Below the pieces are notes generated by a model. The model searched no databases and had not been told where the DNA came from. It saw only the letters and a program-made list of their open reading frames with translations. Positions 18,296 to 27,220 of a DNA stretch of 64,000 nucleotides are shown one piece after another. This stretch comes from Candidatus Bathyarchaeota archaeon (lineage in GTDB: Archaea; Thermoproteota; Bathyarchaeia; 40CM-2-53-6): contig CAVSBL010000002.1 of NCBI GenBank assembly GCA_963726255.1, positions 1,120,001 to 1,184,000 on the forward strand, written 5' to 3'. A program made the translations under genes and the position numbers. Numbering within the stretch: position 1 is the stretch's first letter; each line of letters opens with the position of its first letter.

Positions 18296-19390
18296 TTGGA
18301 GATTAGAAAGGTTCAGAGAGTCGGGCATTCGACGTTAACAGTCTCCCTCCCAAGGGACTGGGTCAGGCAGGTTGGACTGAAGCAGGGAGGCGTAGTAACA
18401 CTCCGCCTTTCCGAATTCGGCGAACTCATAGTTACTCCAGGGAGTGAAATAGAATCAGAAGAAATGGCCGTCTGCAAGATAAACGCCGACGCCTGCAGGG
18501 ATCACGAATTTCTTGGTAGAATGATCACTGGGAACTACATCTTAGGCCGCGACACCATAATTATCTCATCATCGAAGGATCTGACCCCAGAACAACTAAC
18601 CGAAATCCGTAACTCAACCCGGAGGCTAAGCGGTCTAGGCATCGTGGAGCAAACTCCAAAGGAAGCAGTGGTTCAATGTTTCTTGGACCCCTCCAAGTTC
18701 ACAGTTACTGGAGTGCTATCACGCCTTCACAAAGTAGCCGTTTCAATGCTCGAGACTTCTATGCAGGCGTTAGTTGACCGGAAGTTTTCTCTAGCGGTGG
18801 AAGTGTTAGAACTCGAGAACGAAGCCGATCGGCTGTACTGGTTGATCCTGCGGCAGATATTTCGGGCAATATCGAAGATACCACTATCGCGCCATGTTGG
18901 AATAGAATCAGCAACAAACGCAGTTGGTTACCGTGCTGTCTCGAAATACTTCGAAGAGATGGCTGACTGCAGCGAGTCAATCGCTAGCTTAGTACTCTCC
19001 ATGGCTGATGAAAACTGCGCCGAATACGCCACTGTAATTGACGAAGTGTGCAAGTTCGGAGCTGAAACTCTCGCCATATCGAACAGTGCGATGGATTCGT
19101 TGAGCATGCTGGATGTCGAGTTAGCTAACCAAGTAATCGCACGCTCAAAGCACGCTGAGGAACATGAAAAAGACATCATAGAGCTCGTTGTATCATCTGT
19201 TCAAGAACGCAAACTGGCAATAGCCCTTAGGGGAATAGTATGGAACCTAGCGGAAATATGCCGCTCCGCTCAAATGGTCGCCGAGGTAGCAATGAACCGC
19301 TACCTTGAAAGCAATAGCGACATGTGTCAATTTTGGAAAGAGCGGAAGAACGGGGGAGACGTTCAATACCTGAAGAAGGTCGTAGCCTAG
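18296..19390 (+). CDS. AbrB-PhoU type regulator, paralog 2
   Basis: RKVQRVGHSTLTVSLPRDW; ENEADRLYWL; clearly similar to 8372-9442. Confidence 0.9.
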   Translation: MEIRKVQRVGHSTLTVSLPRDWVRQVGLKQGGVVTLRLSEFGELIVTPGSEIESEEMAVCKINADACRDHEFLGRMITGNYILGRDTIIISSSKDLTPEQLTEIRNSTRRLSGLGIVEQTPKEAVVQCFLDPSKFTVTGVLSRLHKVAVSMLETSMQALVDRKFSLAVEVLELENEADRLYWLILRQIFRAISKIPLSRHVGIESATNAVGYRAVSKYFEEMADCSESIASLVLSMADENCAEYATVIDEVCKFGAETLAISNSAMDSLSMLDVELANQVIARSKHAEEHEKDIIELVVSSVQERKLAIALRGIVWNLAEICRSAQMVAEVAMNRYLESNSDMCQFWKERKNGGDVQYLKKVVA

Positions 19391-20844
19391 ACTCATTCTT
19401 TGAACCCAAATCCATAGCCATCGTAGGCGCATCGCCCACACCTAGCCGCATAGGCTACGTGATGGCCCAAAACATGGTGACCAATCACGCGAGAGGAGTC
19501 TTCAAGGGCGAAGTCTACCTCGTAAACCCGAAACGCAACGAAATCCTCGGCCAGAAAAGCTATCCGTCAATCTCAGCGATCCCAAACCCCATCGAGACAA
19601 TTCTAGTCGCGATACCCGCTGTAGGAGTCCCAGACGTAATTGAAGAAGCTGGAAAGATGGGGACAAAAGCAGCTATCGTGATATCGTCAGGTTTCGCAGA
19701 GGTCGGCAACCGAGCGTTAGAAGAACAACTCGTAGATGTGGCAAGAAGATACGGCGTCAGAGTAATAGGGCCCAACTGCCTAGGAATCTACGATGCCTAC
19801 ACTGGAATGGACACGCTGTTCCTTCCCGAAACAAAATTCCTTTCCGACGGCCGCGAAGTCGTTGCCACCCCGCGGCCGAGACCTGGTTCGGTTTCGTTTC
19901 TAACCCAAAGCGGAGCCTTCGGCGCGGCAGCGCTGGACTACATGGCAGGCCATGGAATGGGTATACGCGGATTCGTTAGTTACGGAAATAGGTGCGACGT
20001 GACGGAAGACGAACTCCTTGAATACTTCGCAAACGACCCCCAAACCAAAGTTATCCTCATGTATGTTGAAGGCCTAGCTAAGGGACGGAAGTTTCTCGAG
20101 AGAGCGAAGGACACGACGCGAAAGAAACCTGTCGTCGCGCTCAAGTCAGGCAGGACTGAGGCAGGAACAAGGGCCGCGGCATCCCATACAGCAGCGTTAG
20201 CTGGAATAGAACAAATCTACGAGGGAGCATTCAGGCAGGCAGGAATCATAAGGGTTCGAAACGTTGAAGAACTCTTCGACTTTGGGCGCGCATTAGCCCT
20301 ACAGCCACCCGGTTACACTCAGAGCGTAGCCGTTTTGACGAACGCTGGCGGACCAGGAATCATTGCGGCGGATGCGTTGGAAGAATCAGGATTGAAGGTC
20401 CACAAATTCTCCGAACGAATTATGACACAGTTTGATGCCTTCAAAGCGAAGAAGCTACTTCTACCAGTACTTTCAGGGTTTAATCCGATGGACCTTTCAG
20501 CCGAGGCCACGAGCGAAATGTTTTCGCTTGCCCTCTCAACGATCTTGGACGACCCCGAAATAGGAGGGCTTGTGTTGATTACATTGCACCATGCGCCAAC
20601 AATTCTTGATGATGCTGTAGATAAGATCGCGAAAACTGTACCCAAGTACGGCAAACCTGTTACAGTCTGCGACATGGGCGGGACCGAAATGGCAGAAACC
20701 ATGAGAATGGCGTTTGAGAAAAGGGGAATACCGTCTTACTCAGTGCCCGAAAGGGCCGCACGCGCCCTCTGGGCATTGGTCTACTACGGGACTTATCTGC
20801 AAGACCATGGTGTCGTAAAGGCCGCAGGGGAAATCGAAGCCTAG
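19324..20844 (+). CDS. ADP-forming acetate/acyl-CoA synthetase alpha subunit; start uncertain
   Basis: PKSIAIVGAS, GPNCLG, SHTAALAG (phospho-His), TNAGGPG, NPMDL. Confidence 0.92.
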   Translation: MSILERAEERGRRSIPEEGRSLDSFFEPKSIAIVGASPTPSRIGYVMAQNMVTNHARGVFKGEVYLVNPKRNEILGQKSYPSISAIPNPIETILVAIPAVGVPDVIEEAGKMGTKAAIVISSGFAEVGNRALEEQLVDVARRYGVRVIGPNCLGIYDAYTGMDTLFLPETKFLSDGREVVATPRPRPGSVSFLTQSGAFGAAALDYMAGHGMGIRGFVSYGNRCDVTEDELLEYFANDPQTKVILMYVEGLAKGRKFLERAKDTTRKKPVVALKSGRTEAGTRAAASHTAALAGIEQIYEGAFRQAGIIRVRNVEELFDFGRALALQPPGYTQSVAVLTNAGGPGIIAADALEESGLKVHKFSERIMTQFDAFKAKKLLLPVLSGFNPMDLSAEATSEMFSLALSTILDDPEIGGLVLITLHHAPTILDDAVDKIAKTVPKYGKPVTVCDMGGTEMAETMRMAFEKRGIPSYSVPERAARALWALVYYGTYLQDHGVVKAAGEIEA

Positions 20845-20859
20845 GATGAGACTTTCCTT

Positions 20860-22023
20860 TTGTCAGCCACAAGTCTACCTAAGTATGTTGAACAGCTGAA
20901 AGCCCGCCCTCTGGACCAATTCATGTCCAGTCCAGTTGAATTATCAGCTGACAGCAACCTCGCCAAGGTAGTAGGACTGCTAAAAGAACGCGGCGTCTAC
21001 GAAGTCTTCATTCCGGAAAGCAGTCGTTGCGGAATGATATGCACGAGGGACATTCTGAAGACAACGAACATCGAAACGACAAAACCAAGCGCCCTGATGT
21101 CCTACATACCTTCGCTTGGCAAAGATGCGCTTGTCAGCGAAGCGGCGAGACTGATGGCGGACTACAGGGTGAGAGCCGTACCCATATCCGACGGCCGCAA
21201 AATCGTAGGCCAAGTAAACTGCGCAAGCATCCTTCTGGAGCTGAAAGGTAAGATTGGTGGTGACCTGCGAATTTCCTCTCTTGCGACAAAGAACCCGATC
21301 ACGGTCGACGAAACAGCAGCAATCGGTAAGGCGAGAGAACTCATGGTCCGGAAGCGAATTGACCACCTACCCGTAACTTCAGGCGGTCGAGCAACTGGAA
21401 TCATAACCTCATTTCAAATCGTCACGAGTATGTCCCCACCCGAACGCGTTGGGAGCAAATCGATGAAACCGGAAACCCGGAGTAGTCTAGACTTTCTTGT
21501 TGGAGACGCAATGGAGCGAGATCCCTTGACCTGTCAACCTGAAACTAGCGCCGAACAAGCTTTAGGTACGATGCTAAAGAGCGCGAAGACTTACATTCTC
21601 GTCAACCAATGGGAAGAACTTCAAGGGATAGCCACACAACGGGATTTCATGTCCCTGCTTGCGGAGGTGGAACCTGAACCTGAAGTCCCGATATTCATGG
21701 TTGGACTTCCGGAAGACCCCTTCGAAGCTGAGGCAACGAAAGCGAAGTTCAAACGAACAATCAATCAACTTCACCGTCATTTTCCCGACCTTCTCGAGGC
21801 AAGGTCCGTCATAAAATCGAAATACACGAAACCCGGAAAGGAACGAGGACGGTATGAAGTGACGGTGCACATCAAAACCCCCACGAACTCCTACAGCTAC
21901 TCAGAGGGCGGGTGGGAACTCCCCGTCATATACGACATAATAACGGACAGACTTAAACGACTGTTGACGCAGAAACAAAAGCGTCGAAGAACCCGCGATA
22001 GGGAGCGCCAAGAAACAGTCTGA
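20860..22023 (+). CDS. Four-CBS-domain protein with C-terminal HPF/RaiA-like domain, putative ribosome hibernation factor
   Basis: CBS repeats (VRAVPI, IDHLPV, GIATQRD); C-terminal alpha-beta-beta-beta-alpha segment (RYEVTVHIKTP...GWELPVIYDIITDRLKRLL) with basic tail. Confidence 0.75.
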   Translation: MSATSLPKYVEQLKARPLDQFMSSPVELSADSNLAKVVGLLKERGVYEVFIPESSRCGMICTRDILKTTNIETTKPSALMSYIPSLGKDALVSEAARLMADYRVRAVPISDGRKIVGQVNCASILLELKGKIGGDLRISSLATKNPITVDETAAIGKARELMVRKRIDHLPVTSGGRATGIITSFQIVTSMSPPERVGSKSMKPETRSSLDFLVGDAMERDPLTCQPETSAEQALGTMLKSAKTYILVNQWEELQGIATQRDFMSLLAEVEPEPEVPIFMVGLPEDPFEAEATKAKFKRTINQLHRHFPDLLEARSVIKSKYTKPGKERGRYEVTVHIKTPTNSYSYSEGGWELPVIYDIITDRLKRLLTQKQKRRRTRDRERQETV

Positions 22024-22054
22024 ATCGTTTTGAACCATCGGGAGTAATCAGTTC

Positions 22055-24076
22055 TTGCTGCTACCTACCAGTATGAGGCGGGTCGAGATCATTGTCCCGC
22101 AGAAAAAGTTCGATGACGTAATGCTCTACCTCCGCGAGCAGAATGCGATTGAACTCCTCGACATGAAGGAGATGATCAAGGGGTACGGCGGGGGCGTAGT
22201 TTCAACAACAGTCTCAGACCGACTGTACCGCCTAACGACACTTGAGTCAAAAATCAATTCAATCATCGCAGCACTCGAAATTACCTCACGCCCAAAACAA
22301 GTTCTCGTGGAACCAAGAATTTCAGATGAAGAACTGGGCAAAGTAGAGAAACGAATCGCCGAAATCGAACAACAGGTAACTGTGCTCACTACTGAAGCCC
22401 AAGCCCTCGAGTCATTAGTAGCCTACGCGGAGCGCCAGCTTCAGCTCAGTATAGATGAGATCCTGGGAATAGAGAATGTAAACTCCCCCGAGGGAAGACA
22501 CAGGCTGGAAGAAATCGTCGCCGGTATATTTCAGACGCTGAAACCCTCAGAGCTCAAAGTCGCGGGGCCGGTCGGAGAATTAATTCAACCCAAGGCATTG
22601 GAAGATGCCGTTGTCAAAGACATTACAAATAACGTAACCACGATCCTAACAACAAAGCGCGACAGAACAGCAGTTGCTGATGCCGTGACCCAGACGCTAG
22701 GCCTCAAACTGAAAACCGTGTTCAGGAACAAACGCTTGGCCTACGAGCCGACCAGCAGAATTGAAGAAGCGAAGCGAAGGCTCAACGAACTCAAAGACAA
22801 ACTCGACGACATCAGCAGAACCGGCGGTGAATACCTCCTAGTGAACAGGGAGGTAGTCGGGGCAGAGAGAGCCTTCGAGCAAGCGAAGGCCTACACTGGC
22901 AAAACAGAATCCACTTCTATGATTGAAGGTTGGGTGCCCGCATCAAAGCTAGGCAAAATCAAGTCAGCGCTTCAAGAAATCTGCGACGGAGAAGTCATAA
23001 TCAAGGATTGGGCTAGTAAGCATGCCCCAACTAATGTCGCTAAACCCAAGCTCCCAATGCTTCAGATTTTCGAGAAGCTGACGATCGGCTTCGGCGTCCC
23101 CAAGAGTGATGAAATCGACCCAACGATTCTGTGGCTCGTCACCTACCCACTCTTCTTCGGATTCATGTTTGGCGACGTGGGTAACGGAGTTGTAGTAATC
23201 ATTGTTTCAGCTATGTTTTGGCTCAAGAAGAGACAGGGCTTGGTAATTCCAGACACCGCTTATGGCGGTATGGGAGGAGTATTCAATATGATAATTCAGG
23301 GAGCACCCTTACTTGTGCTCAGCGGCGCGTCAGCGCTCGTTGTGGGGTTCCTCTACGGGAGCGTTTTCGGAAACGTTCAGTGGTTCCGATTGATCACAGG
23401 GCTTCCCGGGCCACTGTGGTTCGAACCTTTCGATAATATACGGCTCATGTTGAGGGTATCCATTACTATTGGTGTTATTCACATAATGTCAGGCCTCTGC
23501 CTCGACATCTTCAACAAGGCCTACGCAAAGGAATACCGCGAACTAGTCTCTGGCCCACTGGTATGGCTTTGGTTCTACGGCGCGTTCGGAATAACCTTGC
23601 TGCAATATGGCCTGCGGTTTCCAAACTATCTTTTTGACCCCCGTAACACAACTGACCTCTTCCTGAGGATTGGCATCCCGCTGATCGCTATGATGGTGCT
23701 CAAGTTCTGGTCGGAGGGGCCCATGGGCCTAATGCATGCATTCGAAAATCTTCTGTCGTCCCTGTCCCACACGATCTCCTACGTCCGAATCTTGGCCATG
23801 AAGCTAATCGAGGATGTCTTCTTCCGACTCTTTCTGGGAGTCCTGTTGTTCTTCATGGCCTGGGGCAATATTGGAGGGGCAGTACTCGGATACGTGCTTT
23901 TCGCAGCCCTAACTATCGTTCTAATACTGATCTTGGAGACCGCTTTCGTATTCATGCAGTCGCTTCGACTTCACTGGGTCGAATGGTTCATGAAATTCTA
24001 TGGAGGCAGCGGCACAGCCTTCAAACCCTACGGGGCCGAACGAACCCATACAAAGGTTCGTACAGGCGTACCGTAG
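22055..24076 (+). CDS. atpI: A/V-type ATP synthase subunit I (a)
   Basis: EGWVP, EIDPT, FGFMFGDVG, SHTISYVRILA (essential Arg), RLHWVEWF.KFY. Confidence 0.93.
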   Translation: MLLPTSMRRVEIIVPQKKFDDVMLYLREQNAIELLDMKEMIKGYGGGVVSTTVSDRLYRLTTLESKINSIIAALEITSRPKQVLVEPRISDEELGKVEKRIAEIEQQVTVLTTEAQALESLVAYAERQLQLSIDEILGIENVNSPEGRHRLEEIVAGIFQTLKPSELKVAGPVGELIQPKALEDAVVKDITNNVTTILTTKRDRTAVADAVTQTLGLKLKTVFRNKRLAYEPTSRIEEAKRRLNELKDKLDDISRTGGEYLLVNREVVGAERAFEQAKAYTGKTESTSMIEGWVPASKLGKIKSALQEICDGEVIIKDWASKHAPTNVAKPKLPMLQIFEKLTIGFGVPKSDEIDPTILWLVTYPLFFGFMFGDVGNGVVVIIVSAMFWLKKRQGLVIPDTAYGGMGGVFNMIIQGAPLLVLSGASALVVGFLYGSVFGNVQWFRLITGLPGPLWFEPFDNIRLMLRVSITIGVIHIMSGLCLDIFNKAYAKEYRELVSGPLVWLWFYGAFGITLLQYGLRFPNYLFDPRNTTDLFLRIGIPLIAMMVLKFWSEGPMGLMHAFENLLSSLSHTISYVRILAMKLIEDVFFRLFLGVLLFFMAWGNIGGAVLGYVLFAALTIVLILILETAFVFMQSLRLHWVEWFMKFYGGSGTAFKPYGAERTHTKVRTGVP

Positions 24077-24104
24077 CCTGACCTCGAAATATCGACGCCA
24101 CCCG

Positions 24105-24111
24105 TTTATAT
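24105..24111 (+). promoter_or_regulatory. Probable TATA box of the TrmB gene
   Basis: TTTATAT about 45 nt before the TrmB reading frame opens. Confidence 0.45.
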
Positions 24112-24155
24112 CAGCCTTGTCGCTTTCGTGTCAGACAGTTCAGACGGTGGTATAA

Positions 24156-25475
24156 TCAACGAGTAGTACTGCTTCACAAGTACAGGCAGTCAATGACATT
24201 GTCGCGGAGCTACAGGATTATGGCCTAACTCGCAATGAAGCTCGCGTTCTAATCTTCCTAGCCAAGACCGGCCCTTCGAAAGCCAGCGAAGTAGCTCGGG
24301 GAGTGCAAATCAACCGGACAGAGACCTACAGGACAATAAGAAACCTACAGCGCCGCGGACTCGTGGAAGCTACACTCGAACGGCCAGTGCGCTTCCAATC
24401 CGTACCTTTCGACAGGTGCCTACGTATCCTAATCGATGAAAGAAAGGCGAAGTTGAGAATTCTCGAGCAACGTGGCGAAGAGTTGCGCCGCCACTTCGCG
24501 GACGTTCGGGTTGAACCCGTCAGCCAGGAAGTTGAACGTTTCCAGGTGGTTGAAGGCAGGCTTCGAATTGAGCAACGGTTACTCGGTATGTACGGCCAAG
24601 CTCAAAAATCCGTCATGACCGTTCTCTCGCCGTCCGAAGTGATACGAGCCGATACCTCGGACCTGCTCGACAGGCTTGGTGACGCTGCAAAGAACGGCCT
24701 TCGAGTAAGGGTGATAACCTCGATAAATCAAAGCAACTTGGGAATTGTCGAGAAGCTTCACGGAAACATTGAGATAAGGCATATTGACTTGAAAGCAAAA
24801 CCGATTCCTCGGGTTTCCATAATCGATGATAATGAAGCCCTCTTCGAAATCACAACTGCTGACGAAAGTTCGAGAAGCGACGAGGAAGTCGCATTATGGA
24901 TTAACAGCCACGCTTTCATAAGAAACCTTCAGGCGTACTTCGAAGAGATGTGGAATTCCAGCACGCTGGCTGAAGGCCGGTTGGAGGCACTGCGAAGAGG
25001 AATACCGTCGGACGACCTAAGAATTTTCAAGGGCAGAAGCGAAGTAAGCAGGAAACTCAATGAGATGATAGCGTTAGCCAACCAGAGTGTTGAGATTTGG
25101 ACAACGATGAGGGGAATTCAAGCCATCGCAGACTTCCATTTCGACCAGCTCAAAGAAGCAAAGGCTAGAGGTGCGAAGATACGCATCATAGCGCCCATCA
25201 CGAGCGAGAATACAGAGGGGGCCCGCAAGCTTGTCCCCGTTTCAGAATTACGTTATTCTGAAGCTCTCGGGCCAGCGGGAATTGCGATTTCTGATCAACG
25301 AGAGTTGATGTTGTACGAGAGATTGCCTGACGACCACAACGCCGATGTCGGCGCAGACGTAGGATTCTGGACCAATAGTACACGCTTCATAGAAACAATG
25401 AGCAGAGCCTACGACGCGATGTGGAAAGGCGTATTTGCGATCTATGCTCCAAAACGCCGCGGACTACACAGATAG
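24156..25475 (+). CDS. TrmB-family transcriptional regulator with two effector (PLD-like) domains; start codon unresolved
   Basis: Open frame from 24156 encodes ELQDYGLTRNEARVLIFLAKTGPSKASEVARGVQINRTETYR, a classic TrmB HTH, upstream of the first canonical start at 24303. Confidence 0.88.
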   Translation, partial: STSSTASQVQAVNDIVAELQDYGLTRNEARVLIFLAKTGPSKASEVARGVQINRTETYRTIRNLQRRGLVEATLERPVRFQSVPFDRCLRILIDERKAKLRILEQRGEELRRHFADVRVEPVSQEVERFQVVEGRLRIEQRLLGMYGQAQKSVMTVLSPSEVIRADTSDLLDRLGDAAKNGLRVRVITSINQSNLGIVEKLHGNIEIRHIDLKAKPIPRVSIIDDNEALFEITTADESSRSDEEVALWINSHAFIRNLQAYFEEMWNSSTLAEGRLEALRRGIPSDDLRIFKGRSEVSRKLNEMIALANQSVEIWTTMRGIQAIADFHFDQLKEAKARGAKIRIIAPITSENTEGARKLVPVSELRYSEALGPAGIAISDQRELMLYERLPDDHNADVGADVGFWTNSTRFIETMSRAYDAMWKGVFAIYAPKRRGLHR

Positions 25476-25528
25476 AATCCCTATCGCGACGCTGACCGTT
25501 AGAGAAGTGACGAATAAGGTTCTGTACT

Positions 25529-26398
25529 TTGCCTAAGTCGAATTTTGGATGCCAGCTTCCCCAGGACAGCGATGATTTCGACCACGTGATCGAAGTGGCG
25601 AAACATTGTGAGAGCCTCGGCTACGACAGTGTCTGGGTCTATGACCACCTGTCCCCTTTCTGGTCATGTTCCGGCCGAGCGTTGGAGTGTTGGACTACTC
25701 TCTCGGCAATTGCTGCGCGGACGAACAGCATTAAGGTCGGCACGCTAGTGACAAACGTTGGCCTACGCAACCCGAGTTTGCTTGCCAAAATGTCGAGCAC
25801 CCTCGACAACATCAGCAACGGCCGGCTAATCCTCGGCCTCGGCACCGGTGACAAAATGAGCCACGAAGAACTCCATTCGCATGGGTATAAGTTTCACGAC
25901 CTCAATGAGAGAATCGAACGCCTCAGGGAATGCATTGTGATTCTGAAGACCATGTGGACCAAAGAAGAAGCCACGTTTCACGGAAAACACTACCAGATTT
26001 CAGGTGCACTTAACTTTCCGAAGCCGAAGCAACAGCCACATCCACCGATCTGGATTGGTGGACGACACTTTAGGATCTTAGATGTCGTCGCAGAGCATGC
26101 TGACGGTTGGAACCACTGGGGGCTCAGCAAAGATGGAGTCGAACGTCGAAACGAATACCTCAACAAAAGATGCGCTGGGTATGGGCGTCAGCCAAACAGT
26201 ATTCTAAGATCGTGGTCGGGAACCTTTCGGCGACTTTCAGAGGGCGCTGGGAATAATTCGGAAGCAGTCCGGAATATTGCTGGGAAGTTGCAAAAACTGG
26301 CTGGCCCAGAAACTGCATACTTCATTGCGTCGTTCGACTCACGTGCCGGACCGGAAAGTTACCAAGCCTTTGCCGACGCAGTAAAGAGCTTCTCTTAG
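25529..26398 (+). CDS. LLM-class (possibly F420-dependent) oxidoreductase
   Basis: GYDSVWVYDH, RNPSLLAK, GRLILGLG, PKPKQQPHPPIWIGG. Confidence 0.9.
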   Translation: MPKSNFGCQLPQDSDDFDHVIEVAKHCESLGYDSVWVYDHLSPFWSCSGRALECWTTLSAIAARTNSIKVGTLVTNVGLRNPSLLAKMSSTLDNISNGRLILGLGTGDKMSHEELHSHGYKFHDLNERIERLRECIVILKTMWTKEEATFHGKHYQISGALNFPKPKQQPHPPIWIGGRHFRILDVVAEHADGWNHWGLSKDGVERRNEYLNKRCAGYGRQPNSILRSWSGTFRRLSEGAGNNSEAVRNIAGKLQKLAGPETAYFIASFDSRAGPESYQAFADAVKSFS

Positions 26399-26399
26399 G

Positions 26400-27128
26400 A
26401 TGCTCCCTATGCCTCTATTCAGTCATAGTAGGCCAAGAACTCGCCAAATCACGTTGGCCGCGTCCTTTGCCGCGGTCTATTTCGTGCTCCGAAGTGTTCC
26501 CACATTTCAAATGGTCGGAATTTCCAGCCGATTCACTGCGGGCGATCTTCTTCTGACCTCGATTGCTCTGCTCTGCGGCCTTTGGAGCGGCACTCTTTCA
26601 GTCTTCATCGGAACAGTTCTGGCCTATGGCGTTAGGCCACCTGTGTTCTTCGGCCTCGATTTCCTTCCAGCCCTTGTCAATGTCACTGTGGCCGCTCTTT
26701 TGCTCTCAGGCCGCTACAGAATCGCACAGGGAATTTACGGTACAGTCTTTCTTGCATTCATCTTGAGTCCTTACAGCCTATTGTTTGGCTTTGGCTACGT
26801 ACCTTACACGTGGCTGCACATTGTCGCACTCATCCTCCTTCTATCGCCAATCGCCCCCAAGACCCCTCGGTGGGTAAACAGCTCTGGTTTGCAGCAGATC
26901 GTAGCAATAGGATTCCTAGCCTTTGTAGGCACTATGGGACAACACCTCGCGGGGGGCCTTCTTTACGAATTGGCGGCAGGGTTCGTCGGGGGCGTGAGCC
27001 CAGCCAATTTCATGGAATTCTGGAGGATCATCTTCTGGCTTTACCCAATCGAACGGCTCCTAATCGTTGCCTTTTCCATGTTCATAGCGCTGGCCATGAA
27101 ACGCTCCCTAAGGAAATGGGTTCCGTAG
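26400..27128 (+). CDS. Membrane protein, ECF S-component-like
   Basis: 6-7 TM helices, N-terminal TRQITLAASFAA, LLCGLWSG motif, terminal P.ER. Confidence 0.6.
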   Translation: MLPMPLFSHSRPRTRQITLAASFAAVYFVLRSVPTFQMVGISSRFTAGDLLLTSIALLCGLWSGTLSVFIGTVLAYGVRPPVFFGLDFLPALVNVTVAALLLSGRYRIAQGIYGTVFLAFILSPYSLLFGFGYVPYTWLHIVALILLLSPIAPKTPRWVNSSGLQQIVAIGFLAFVGTMGQHLAGGLLYELAAGFVGGVSPANFMEFWRIIFWLYPIERLLIVAFSMFIALAMKRSLRKWVP

Positions 27129-27220
27129 CTGGTTTCGAGGCCGCTCTGAGGTCGCCGCGAAATTTTCGGTGATTAGGGTTCGGTTCAGACAACGGAGAGA
27201 AAGCCGTTGGCTCTCAATTG

